From Sarea resinae (taxonomy: Eukaryota), in the NCBI GenBank assembly GCA_026026165.1, contig JAPEUD010000057.1:1-64000 (forward strand): a stretch of 64,000 bases of DNA, in the 5' to 3' direction. Positions 12,301 to 25,801 of this stretch are shown here, in pieces. Numbering within the stretch: position 1 is the first letter of the stretch; each line of letters starts with the position of its first letter. Below the pieces are notes generated by a model that did no database searches, had not been told where the DNA came from, and worked only from the letters and a program-made list of their open reading frames with translations. The translations under genes were made by a program, and so were the position numbers.

Positions 12301-14726
12301 ATTTGTCTCCTTCGCGAATTCAGAGAGTATTATACGTGTCTTTAATATCTAATTTCGACATTATTTGTGCGCCTACTAGTCTATCTAGTGCTTTAGTGAT
12401 TAGTAGAAGTAGGTAACAGTCTTTAATTGTTATAGCGTTTAATGCATAGTAATCTACAACTAGTCGCAGCCTGCTATCCTTTTTTGTGACGAATTGTATT
12501 AGGGATGCTGCTAGCGAATTCAATGGCTAAATCGCCTCTACTGCGAGTTTTTCGTCTAGGTATTTATAAAGCGTTGTCAGTTCGGTTTGCAATAGATTAT
12601 AGAGAGGGCTGTATAGGGGTTTAGTTCTAGGTTCTAATTCTATAGCGTGGTTGTGCTAACTGTGTTTAGGCAGGGTTTTTACAGGTTTCTTAAACACGTC
12701 CTAGAAATTTTTATATTTGTTTAGGAGGGTTATGTTTTTGTCGTTTGTCTTTTGTTTGTGTATTAGTTCGACGAGCGCGCCTGCTAGCCAGCTAGTGTTT
12801 TTAATAGTTGTATAGTTAGTTCGTTTTAGCCTAGATACTACTACCTTCTATAAGATTTAGTTTTGTTAGTAGTCCTTGTTTAGGTTGTGTTTCCTAAGGA
12901 ATAGTTTTCCTAGAACGATATCCTTAGGTGCTTTATCTAATATAAAAAATGTTTTAGTTGTTTTTAGTAGTGTTTTGTTTGAATCAAAGGCGACTAACTA
13001 GACGCAGAGTAGCCCTTGTGTTTGAATCGTCTGACTATCAAATGTTGCAGGGCTATAGACCTTAGTTTTGTCTAGGAATCTAAACTGTTCTACAAGTCCT
13101 GTTTGTATGACGTTAAATTAGCAGCCTCTGTTAATAAGTGCTTAAGCTAAGGATTGTAGTTTAGTTACATTCGTGAATTTTACATGTATAATCTAGAGTA
13201 GACTTAGGGCGAGTTCTTTGAACTAGTTGTCTTCTATGCTGTATAACGCCTCTTTTATAGTAGCACTTAGCGCTGTAAGAGTAAGGGCTAAGTCAGTTTG
13301 TTTCCTAAATCCTGCTTTCTTAGAATTGCGTTAGCGCCTAACAACAATTCAGCTAAGCATTCTACTGCTTAGTGTTAGTTAGAGCTGTAGTGATAGCATA
13401 GTCTAAGGTTTTGTCTGCGTTTGTGTTCTTTGCATAATAGTCTTAGCGGTCTTTACAGTAGTGTAGCGCTGATTGTCTCTTAGAGTAGAGGGTATTTAAC
13501 CTAACAGTAGGTTGTTAATAGTGTTTCCTTTATGTAATTGCAGCTAGGATATTAGCGGTCTTCTGTTTGTGGTTTTGTCTTAACTAGTTCGTTCTTTATA
13601 AGCTAGCCTGCTAATTCATTGACTAAATGATTTAATCCTAGTAGTAGGGTATTTAGACGCCTTTTGCAGCTAGCGTTAATACCTATCTAGAATCTTATCT
13701 GTAATTGTTTAGGTGATATTGTCTAGTTAAGAGCAGGAAGCAGCTTGTGTAGGTGTGCTAGATATTCCTTTAGGCTCTAGTTTAGGAGTTGTGTCGCCTT
13801 TGTGTATTAGTCTAATACTTGCTGTGCTATGCTTGCAGCGTCTTCTAATCCTACTGCTATAGTGTTTGCGAATTCAGTCTATGTTGCTTGTAGGTTTGTA
13901 GTCCTATAGCGATTCTATTCTTCCTATAGAGGACCTTTTAGGAACTGTTAGGCGTATAGTATTCGTTTTGTGTCGTTCTTAAACTCTGTTTTCTTAAGTT
14001 CAAATACTGTTTTGCACTGTGCTAGAAACCTTATTAATGCTGCCCTTAAATCTCTGCTATAGTTAGCAGGGTTTTAGTATAGTGTAGAACGTTTTAGGGG
14101 TCTAGGATTAGATATTTCCTGTTTGTATAAGGCAGTTTGTTAGTGTTAGCCTAACAAAGGTTTAAACGTAGCGACGTTAGAGGCTAGTTTAGTGTTTGCA
14201 GCTTCTAGCGTGCTAAACGTCGTTGATCTTAGTGTTTCGCCCTAGACTTGTTTCTTAAGTTTATTAACCTCTTTCCTTAACTCTTAGAGTTTGTATTGTC
14301 TTTACAATTCTTCTAACTTAGCCCTTGTTTGTTCTAGTTTGCTTGTGTAGGTTTGTACTTTATCTAAGTCTGTTTGTTGTCTCCTAAGCGAATCCCTTTC
14401 CTAAGCGATTATAGCTTAGGCGGTTTTAGGTCGTCTTTTAAGCTGTTTATATAGTAGAAATACTGCATCTGCATGCCTAGAGACTAAACTCTTAATAAGC
14501 TCGAATTCGTCCTAGTAGTTGTTAACTAGTTTAGACTGTCCTTATGCATTTCGTGCTAGTAGGTTCTGCTTTAATGCTTCGCCTCTTCTAGGTTGCAACG
14601 TTTAGAGTAGTAATTTAGAGAGGTTGCTTTTATCTACTTTATCTTCGCTAAATATTCGTTGTTTGTTTGTTCTAGTTATAATGCCTTGCGCAGACCCTTG
14701 CCCTAGTGTAGGTGCAGTTGCTAATA

Positions 14727-15054
14727 TATAAGTGGCTAGGCTGACTTAGTTTATACATGCAAAGGATATGCGTAAGGTTTGTACAAATCTACAAACTTAT
14801 AAATAGAGTACAAACAATGATTTGTAATAGGATAGCATTAGCAACTACTCTGCTAGCTACTCTATAGAGATAGGATATATATAGTGCTCTAAAGGCTAAA
14901 CAGCTAGACAAAAGAGAGCTGTTTGTGCTAAACTCCTAAATAGTTAAACAAAAGAGAGCTGTTTGTGCTAAACTCCTAAACTAATAAACCTCTAAGGTTT
15001 GTAGGCCTGAACGCTGCTTAGTATACTTAGTAAAGAGTTGCCTACTTCCTAATA
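14727..15054 (-). repeat. 5' LTR (328 bp; termini RIPped to TA...TA)
   Basis: Colinear with 5989-6316; followed by TSD TAAGG. Confidence 0.97.
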
Positions 15055-16752
15055 TAAGGCAACTCTAAGGGTAGGAAATTAATGCTAGCAGGCTAGTAAT
15101 TAAATAAACAAAGAGTAGGTGTGTAGGTAAGGATTAAGGCAGCTATTAAGGTAGTTAGGTTAGTAGGTAGAGAGCGTTTTTTAACAGGTGTAAAAACACT
15201 GTTATAAAAACACTGTTAATTCTTGCTTAGGCTTAGTTTAATGCCTTAAAGAGGTAAAGATTAGTAAGAAGACAGTGTTTTTACCTGCTGCAATACAGTT
15301 AGGGTTTCTATATTAGTTAGAGTGCACCTAAGCCTGTTATTATATAATTGTAATATGTTAATAGAAGCTTAATTAGACTCTAAATAGCTAAATTAATTAG
15401 TTAACTTAACCTTATCCTAGATACTTCCTTCTAATTAACTAATTGCTGCCTTTATCTACTGTTATATAGATTAACTTTAAGAGTGTAGCTTTCTACAATA
15501 ATAACTATCTAACTAACTAAGTAATACTGCACTCTTATATACCTTATACACTAAGAGGCTAAATTCTAATAGATAACAATATAGATCTATAACGTATTAT
15601 TCTAATACTACTATCTGTTAATTAGCATTGCTTAGAGACTAGTATTATCTCTACTTCGCGTTAGATTTAGGGTTAGTAGAACTTAGGGTTGCGATAAGTG
15701 TAACGCAACTACTTTTTTATCGAATTCTATTAATTTAATAACACTGATTAATTTGTCGCATTAAACACTACAACTTTTATTAGTAGGTTAAAGGCTCTAC
15801 TCTTCTAAATCGTTAATAAAATGCGTAACCCTAAGGTAATTCCTGTTCTAATTCCTATCTACTCTTTGTTGTTTAAAATTCGCTTAATTTTTATATAGGC
15901 AATTAATTCCTATCTATATCTCTAGCAATTTAGCATTAAAGATAGAGTATATACTTTTAGAGTTTAAGTTTAACTCTAGTTGTTAATAGAGATAGAATAT
16001 AGCTTAGTTATAGAGAGACTCTAGTTATTAAGAACTATTATTATAGTAGTAGATAGAAAGTAAGTGCTTATCTTAAAAAAAAGCTCTTAAACCTCTTAGT
16101 TATTCTTTATACTAATACTAAGCTTAAGGTCTTCTTTAGTAATAGAATTCTAGTAATAGAATTCTAGTAGTGTAAAGGTATTAGTATACCTCTAATTATA
16201 TTACAATATACTAAGAATTAGTTCTATAAAGTTCTAGCTTTTTATAGCTGATTTTATAAATTTCTATTAGTATAAAAGCCTAAATATTTCCTTTGCTAAT
16301 TAGAATGCAGCTTAATAGTTCTTATAAAATCTCTGATAATAGATGTTCTATTTGTTAAAAGCTAGAGCAAACTTAGATATTTCTCGCTTGCTTAATTGAA
16401 AGAGCGATGTTGGCTGTCAAAGCCACCTAAGTGTAATGCGGTGATTTTGTTAAGGCGGGTTCTAGGCCATGTCAGGCAGGCACGCAATATCAAAGTACAC
16501 ATTGAGTAATTCTAGCACCCTCCTACGTCAATGCAAATCGTGTAGGGTTGAGCAACGAGCCTGCCCCAGGCGCTGAGCGGGCCTCACCTTCCAACGCTCA
16601 TCCCATCTTGTCCGCGTCTGTCTTCTCTTCCGCTTTCCTCATTGTCTTCTATCTTCTCATTCTCTCCTCGACTCAATCTCACCACACCTTTCGTGGCTAT
16701 AGTCACCATCGCACAATGCGAACCGTCTCGTTCGGACGCGACCGTGCCTATC

Positions 16753-17808
16753 ATGTCAAATCACCCGAGCCAAGTTGCGATAGCTGATCTGGCACCAGAG
16801 CATCTCGTCGCCATCGAAATAGCTCTGACGAACATCTTGTGGACAGACCTGGCCTTCGAGACCTTTTCTCAGATCGTCGATGGTAATCCTATTCGCGATG
16901 TCTATCATGATTATCACGGCAATCAGAACCGTCTGGATTTGGAACAGAATCTGGTATCAAGCCCAGAAGCCAGACAAGTGGTCGAAAGCTTTCGAAAGGG
17001 CGTACAGCTCGACCGACTCGTCGTCGATGCACAGGTATCGTCTGATCTCTTGTATTACTCCCCACAGATATGAAGCTATGCTGATGGATGACCCACTAGG
17101 TGGCGCAAGCATATCAGAAGGCATCGATCAGGTCGAGGGAGTTCGCTTTGCGACTCATGGAGATGGTCGCGGTCACATGCCATGATATCGCGACCTCGTT
17201 CTTCATCAACGCAGATGGTGGTCTTCACAAGGTCGACCCTACCCGTCTGCCAGGTCCTCCGAGACATCCAGATCTTCCGCCCCTGATGCCTATTTCTCCG
17301 AAGCCTACAGAACTATATCACCCCGAGTATATGGATTACGACCAATATCCGAACGGCGTTGCTGATATAGTGGGATACTGGGCAGAATACCGTCTATTCG
17401 GGGGGGTTATCTTGTTTGATCGGGGCGAGTCTGGAGCAGAGGTACTGAACCTTTTGTTTTCTCCGACGTCTTGTTTTGATATTGATCTTTCTTTAGTGTA
17501 ACGATGTTTTCATCCACCCTGTGCAGTACTATCGCGTCTACAAGCTTTCCGACGCCCAGATACAGGACTTCGTCAATTTTCTATCTTCGAAATCCTCTTC
17601 GGACGACAAGCCGTATGAACAAATACGGTTTCGAGCGGAAAAGTATGCGCTGCGCATCGACTCCCATGAGGCCATGTCGCGTAATATCTATCGCAACAAA
17701 TACGAACGGAGAATACCCGCAAACCCGCCTCGTCGCTGCGTATATCACGGGTCCGATTTTCCGGAGCTGGCGGATGCAATGGCAGATTTTGTTCGCCACA
17801 ATCCCTGA
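16753..17808 (+). CDS. Uncharacterised fungal protein, 3 exons (16753-17034, 17100-17441, 17497-17808)
   Basis: GT-AG introns join three ORF-track frames. Contains [40 protein letters not shown], a motif I recognise from hypothetical ascomycete proteins. Confidence 0.8.
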
Positions 17809-18219
17809 GTAGCCATTTCTTCTGCTGCAGTCCACTGGCTGCAATATATGGAGGAAAAACCGTCTTTCAGAAGGATAGCATAGCAGCCCTTAGACACATT
17901 CACCTAGTATCAAATTGTTAGATCACGAAAGCGATCAATCTCTTATCTATCTTGCCCTGTACGGAAGAGTATCGAATGATTGAGTATGTGACATTCGAAG
18001 TAGAAGTCGTGGATCCTCCATATTAGATTCATCTCAGCAATCTAGATTTCAAAATCTAGTCCAGAAAAACCGGCAATAAAGTAAGCTACTATCAATGAAA
18101 TACACGCCTTGAGAGCTTAAATTTTTGGTATTCTGGCCTACTCTACTATAGCTAGCAAGTCTATGATATAATTCTAGTCCAAAAAACAGTGTAAAGAGGC
18201 AATCTTAAAGCAAGTCGTC

Positions 18220-19690
<1,471 letters not shown>

Positions 19691-20356
19691 GCTTTTTTGG
19701 AATTGTAGAGCCAATGCGTAAAGTCAATGGAGTCCTACTCAAGAGAAGCAGCGTATTTGACGTGAGGCAGAGCAGATCATGATATCTTGCTTCTCCGCGA
19801 TACCCTTTATCCTTCGCTCTCGCTCCAAGCGGCAGCGATATAGGAGCTACAGCATACGCATCTCTGGAATCTCGCTATTTTTTTCACTGCAAGGGCCGCA
19901 GCAAGCCGATGGGGAGCGCCGTGGCTGAGGGCGGTGGCTCGATCAGGTTAAGTAGCCGAGTCGGCGAGGTCGGAGAATTGGTTTCCGAGCCGCTGATAGC
20001 CTTCGTCGCCTTCGTCGCGTGTCGTTGCCCTTGTGGTCCCTTGTGGAGAAAGTGCGAACGGATTGCAATTTGATCTTTCAAGGTGGCGTAAGGAAGCGCC
20101 TTCTCCTTTTTCAATACCGTTCCGTCGATATTCAGGCTTCGTTGCTGTGGAGCGCAAATGTATGGGTCCAGAGGCGAAGATCCGTTGTTGGATCATGTAA
20201 TCGGGGCTTCGGAGTATCAACCTAATCCAACGTCAGCACGTATCGTCTTCAATCTTATCTGGTACTCCGAACCGTTATATCTGTTTCTTCTTATTTCTCG
20301 ACAGAGTTGCGCTTCATCACCATTTCTACTACCACATTCGATAGGCGGCCAACACA

Positions 20357-21240
20357 ATGAAGCTGATTGTCGCCGGCTCGACCGGATATGTCGCGACAGA
20401 GGTTATCCGGCAAGCCATATCTGATCCCGCCATCACATCCATCGTGGCTCTCGCGCGCCGCGTGACCGCTGTGCCGCCGAACGCGACTGTCGTCGATGCG
20501 GCGAAGCTCAAGTCCGTAGTCTGTGGGGATTTTGGCAATTATCCAGAGAGTGTGAAGCGAGAGCTTGCCGGGGCCGACGCCTGCATCTGGTATATTGATC
20601 TGCTGCTCCTGACCACGTGCTAATCAAGTGCTAATCGGTTGGCTCATACTGTCCGTTCTTTCATTGACGTCTCGCAGGCTCCTGGCCGTGACGCCGTCCA
20701 AATCGACGAAATTGCCGTGGGAGGAGACGCGAAAGATTTGTCTCGACTATACGATGACGGGACTTGAAACCATCTCGCATCTGCCGCGCGACCTGGCGAG
20801 CAAGCCCCTGCGCTTCATCTACACCAGCGGATCGAACAGTGAGCGAGATCCGAGCAAAAAGCCTTGGGTACTGGGCAACTACTGCTTGATGCGGGTAAGC
20901 TTCTCTGCCGACCTCGCAGGTTCAATTTCCTTCCTTGATAGCAGTGCTGAATACGTGCGCACAGGGAGAAGTCGAGTCTCGCGTCCTCGATTATGCCAAG
21001 ACATCTCAGGGTGCCGTGGACGCGTGTGTGACGAAGCCTGGACTGATCGACACGCCGGGCCGGACGGGACTGGTAATGAAGGCCATGCAAACGGTCGGCC
21101 GCAGCATTATCGGTTTGCCTCAGGTTGACGTGAGCGAGATAGCGGCGACGCTACTGGACCAGGCAGTCAATGGACTTGAGAAAGACACACTGCTTAATGA
21201 GGACCTGATTAGAATTGGGAGAAAGGCGTTGACAGACTAG
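20357..21240 (+). CDS. NAD(P)-binding Rossmann-fold protein (atypical SDR / epimerase-like), 3 exons
   Basis: MKLIVAGSTGYVATEVIRQA, GADACIW, RFIYTSG, RGEVE..VLDY; introns near 20590-20677 and 20895-20964. Confidence 0.85.
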
Positions 21241-21714
21241 TAGGAAAGCCTCAATAGCTAAAGGCACGAGGAATACAAGGTTTCTTGTAACATCAGTCTT
21301 CGTACTGAACAAAGACCCCTTCTCTTCAGACAATTTAGAATGGATATCGGAAAAGTGGACGAATAGTCAAGCGAGTTGTAAATTTGGGAGTGGAAGCAAT
21401 TTCAGAGGTCGACATGGAGCTGTGCTGAGCAGCTTCAATAACGCCTCGCCACGTTGCAGGAATGGCCATTATGTTGCCGTCGTGACGCGAACAAGATTTC
21501 GGCACAGGAGCGGGGTTGCAGCAGAGGCGCAGCTGAGGTGCCACCAATGGCAACCACGTTCTACGCCAGAATAAAGGTACGCACTGTGCATGTCTTATAT
21601 ATGTCTTATATATGTGCTATGTGTTCTTTCAGCCACGACCTTCCTTGTATGGCATCTTTATTCCGTAGGGCATACAATCGATCTCAGACAGAGACACCAT
21701 TCCATTGCTATCGT

Positions 21715-24700
21715 ATGGCAGCCGTCACCGTCCTTGTCCTGAGCTCTAGCATCGTTCAGCTCATAGATGCTACTACTAAGGCTGTCAAATACATCAATGC
21801 CGTGAAAAACGCTCCGAAGGATCGAGCGACATTGGCATGCGAAGCCTCTAGCCTCCTGGTACTCTTCACAAAACTGAGGTATAGAGTGGAAGATGCAAAG
21901 TCAGCCGAACCTTGGTTCGATGGCGTGCGCTCACTTGGACTAGGAGGGGGACCACTGGACCAGTTTAGGAAGACAATGGAAGAGCTGGCAAGGAAATTGA
22001 AACCCGACACTCGGATGAAAAATTTAGGCAAAACCTTGATCTGGCCACTGGAAAAATCCGATACCAAGGGGATCCTTTCTGGGATTGAGCGTATGAAGAG
22101 ACTTGTTAGCATTGCTCTAGTTGGGGATCTTGGAAAACTGGCCCAGGAAGTCAATTCGAACCTCGGAAAGGTGGATGAAAATGCGCAAAGAACTAATCAG
22201 CGACTTATGGAGATGCCAAATAGTCAAAAAGGTAAATCAGCGCGACCTTGTTCCTCGATGATTGTACCAACTCTAAATTGTTGATTTTAGACCGCAAATT
22301 CCAGGAGATAGTGGCGTGGATATCCCCTCTCAGTTTCTATACTGAACAGAACGACTTCTTAGCCAGACGCCAGGAAGGCACTGGAGAGTGGCTGATCAGG
22401 ACGGATGCCTTTCAGGACTGGCCACACGGATCCGACAGGACTTTGTACTGCTCTGGACATCGTAAGTCACTAGAATCGCTATGCTGCTGCTTTACTGACA
22501 AGTCTCAAGCGGGTGCGGGAAAGACTATCTTCACGTATGGATCAAGTTTGTATACTTGCTGCTGATTTAGGTCTGACTTGACTTCCTAGATCGATTGCTG
22601 TAAACCATCTCCAGCAGCATCTCGAAAAAGACGATATCGCTATCGCTTACGCCTACTGCAGCTATAAGGACCGCGAGAACCAATCAGCGGCCAACCTCAT
22701 TGCGAGTCTGTTACAGCAGCTCGTTCGGAAAGACGCTGTTCTTTCTGACGAAATTGTGTCACTTTACAATCGCCACCTAGAGAAAGGTACTCGCCCCGGT
22801 CTAAATGACTGGTCCAAGCTGCTACGAGCAGAAGTCGGTCGCTTTTCGATGGTTTTTATCGCCATTGATGCTCTGGACGAAATTCCCGAGAGCAATGGAG
22901 CAAGGGATAGCTTTATCTCAGAGGTTGAATCATTGCAAGCGACGGTGCATCTGTTGTTCACCTCTCGACACATTCAAAGCATTAAGCACAGGTTTGAAGA
23001 AGCTAGACGTTTGGAGATTTGTGCGGGTGATGAGGATGTAAAGACTTATGTTGATTCTCGGATCGATGGCGAAAGATCATTACTCTGTCTTGTCAACTCA
23101 GATCCAGCTTTACGAGCGACGATTGCTAACATCATTGTTGAGAAAGCCCAAGGAATGTAGGTTCTCCAGCAATGTGCCTGAACAAGAAGTCTCTTCTCTG
23201 ATTGTTTTAAAGGTTTCTACTAGCCCAGCTACATATGAACGCATTGGCAAAGGAACATGATCGCAGGACCATTCGCTTGGCTTTAGAGAACCTGCCTAAA
23301 GAGCTGGATACTATCTACGAGCGGGCTATGGAGAGAATTCGCAGTCAAGATGAAGAAGACACCAGGCTGGCCGAAAGTGTCCTATCCTGGATTTCATACA
23401 CTCTCAGACCGATGACTATCCTTGAACTGCAGCATGCCTTGGCCACTACTCCTGGTGATAAACAATTGGACGAAGAAGCTTTCCCTGATGAGAGATTAAT
23501 GCTTTCAGTTTGTGCGGGCTTGGTGGCCATTGATTGGGAGACCAACATAATTCGACTGGTACATTACACGGCTCAGGAATACCTTGAACGCATTCGTATG
23601 ACACAATTTCCACAAGCCCGGGTCAACATCGCAGCAACCTGCTTGAAATATACCTCAATTGTTGCACTTCAGAGGGAACCCTGCTATGATTACCGAGCGC
23701 GAAAGACCTGTATAAGCCATCACCCTTTCATTGAGTATGCTGCTCAGCACTTAGCCGATCATGCTCGTGGTGACCCAGAAGAAATAATCGGAGCAGATAT
23801 CCTCAAATTTTTCAACTGTCACTTGACAAGAGAGTTTTTGATCATATTCATAACGAACAAATCGTTGTTCCGTTTCGGCGGTGCATACATACCGCTGGGC
23901 CCATTGCATGTCGTCTCGTTTCTAGGCCTAGCAACAACAGCAAAGAAGCTGCTCGACAAAGGAGCGAAAGTGGATTTCGATGCTTATGTTCATACACCAC
24001 TCTTCTGGGCTGCAGCAGGAGGACACGTCGCTGTGGCGAAGCTGCTGATCAGATACAATGCCGCTCTAGATTTAGCGAGCGATGAAGACGATCGAACACC
24101 GCTTTCAAAGGCTGCTGGCGATGGGAATCTGGCCATGGTGGAATATCTGCATGCAAGAGGAGCCAACATTCATAGTCGAGACAAGTCGGGTCGAACACCA
24201 TCATGTCTAGCTGCAAGGTTCGGACACTTGGATATACTGAAGTTCCTCTGTGAGAAAGGCTCCGAAATAAGTCCTAAAGACTACTAGACTACTACAGTGG
24301 TAAAACACCGCTATTTCGAGCTGTACAAGATCAAAACTGGGCGGTAGCAGAGTTTCTGCTCCGCTGATAAAGAATCTATGGATCATTTATCCTCGCCGCT
24401 ACCATCGGCCGCAAGGAATGGAGACTTGGCTATCGTAACTTTGCTCGCCGAGAAGGGCTTTGACACAGAAGCTAGATGCGATTGGGGTCGAACAGCGCTA
24501 TTTGAGGCCGTAGCTAATCAAGCAGCTACAACAGCAGAGCCGCTAATTGAGATGGGCGCCAACAAGGAGGTTACAGACAGTGACGATCAGACACCGCTGC
24601 AACTAGCTATAGTCCAAGGGTACATGGGCTCTGCCATCCTGCTGGTCGAAAAAGGCGCTGATATTCACATAAGCGACCAGGCAGGTTGGACACTGCTACA

Positions 24701-25166
24701 TTGGGCTGCGCTAGGAGAGCAACAAGTCAAAACACTATGTCGCGATGAGAAGAATGCCAAGCTCTACTGGGAAGAGGGGACAGATGATCTAGGACCGCTC
24801 TGGTGGTCAATAAAGAGTCTGAAGCAGATTTTCCATATCGACATAGAATACAGGCCAGAGAGAGAATATCGACTGAAATGGGAAAAGAAATGGGCGGCAC
24901 TCGTGAGGCTGTTACTGGATAACGGTGCTAGGCCTGACTCTAAAGATATTGAGGGATTATCGCCACTAGACTGCGCGGTAGCATCAGGGAATCCGGCTAT
25001 TGGGGCAATCTTGCAGTCTGCTATGCAAGCACAAGGACGAAAGAACGACGTCAGCGTCTCAATTCTGAATACAGAAATAAAAGACGGCACCGCGCTTCTT
25101 TCTGGGGACGAATCACTAAAAAGCGATGATACAGCGAGTACTGAACGGATCTGTGAGGTCTCCTGA
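21715..25166 (+). pseudogene. Fungal NLR-like gene (helical N-terminal domain + NACHT + winged helix + ankyrin repeats), frameshifted in the ankyrin array
   Basis: GTGEWL, spliced Walker A SGHPGAGKT, Walker B IDALDE, GMFLLA, RLVHYTAQEYL, many TPL..AA..G ankyrin repeats. An 8-bp duplication at 24279-24294 and a second frameshift near 24361 break the frame, with no convincing intron. Confidence 0.82.
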
Positions 25167-25801
25167 CATATTATCGCTCGATGGTCTTTTTGAAGCTCGC
25201 CGAACATCACTTTCAAGGCTGTAGTGCTCCTATATACTTTAATTCTATATACTCTGTTAGGGCGCGATTAGGCTTATTAAGGCAGATTCGCTCTATAACA
25301 TTACAATTAATTAGCTTTACAAAGAATCTATCTGATACGTTCTCTATCAAAGCATTATAAGTACAATCTAAGGCTAGAGATCAATGGGTCATTTTTTTCC
25401 TGTTTAATTACTTACTATTTCTCTACTTATTATAAGATATGAGATGTATAATTACAGCACAGTATTGTAGCACTCTCATGGCGATTCTACTTTTTATTTT
25501 TATTGAGTCTCTAAATAAGCTTATTTCACGTTAACTGGAGCTAGACCACAATATTATTGGCTCGAAACTTAGTTCTATCAAAGAACATTTTTGTCAATAA
25601 GATATATGAAGCTCTTATCACATGGAACCCCGCTCGCTTGCTCAAGCATCTAGTCCAACATTATCGCCGCCCGCTGTGCCTCTTAGGCAAACAATTTCTC
25701 AAAACATTATATGCATTGTATCTTCGTCGGCGGCTAGATAGTCTGTGCCTAGATGAGTCCTTTGCCAAGTTGTTGAGCCGTCTCGCCAAATACGGTCCAG
25801 A

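Larger units (their letters stand above)
5989..15054 (-). mobile_element. Full-length RIP-inactivated Ty3/Gypsy chromovirus LTR retrotransposon
   Basis: 328-bp LTRs at 5989-6316 and 14727-15054; 5-bp TSD TAAGG at 5984-5988 and 15055-15059; PPT (minus strand) ~6320-6332. Minus-strand motifs: gag CCHC ~13358-13400; protease ALIN[D]R[G]GC ~13121-13141; RT YIDN[D] 12152-12163; RNase H ETDAL[S]GFA ~11645-11669; integrase FY[H]L[P]QTDR[G]QT ~10172-10198; chromodomain EY*VK*LDYP..EST*E ~9485-9535. Order PR-RT-RH-IN-CHD. Confidence 0.97.
126..16390. other. Subtelomeric AT-rich RIP-mutated block
   Basis: Very TpA/TAG/TAA-rich, depleted in CpA/TpG, almost no ORFs. Recognisable protein motifs are broken by C>T/G>A changes. 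Sharp return to ordinary composition near 16.4 kb. Confidence 0.95.

Noticed and set aside
15060..16380. Possible additional DNA transposon relic; scattered TTAGGG hexamers; short inverted repeat ~15185-15201 / ~15273-15288
   Set aside because: No transposase motif or TIR/TSD pair could be recognised, and isolated hexamers are not an array.
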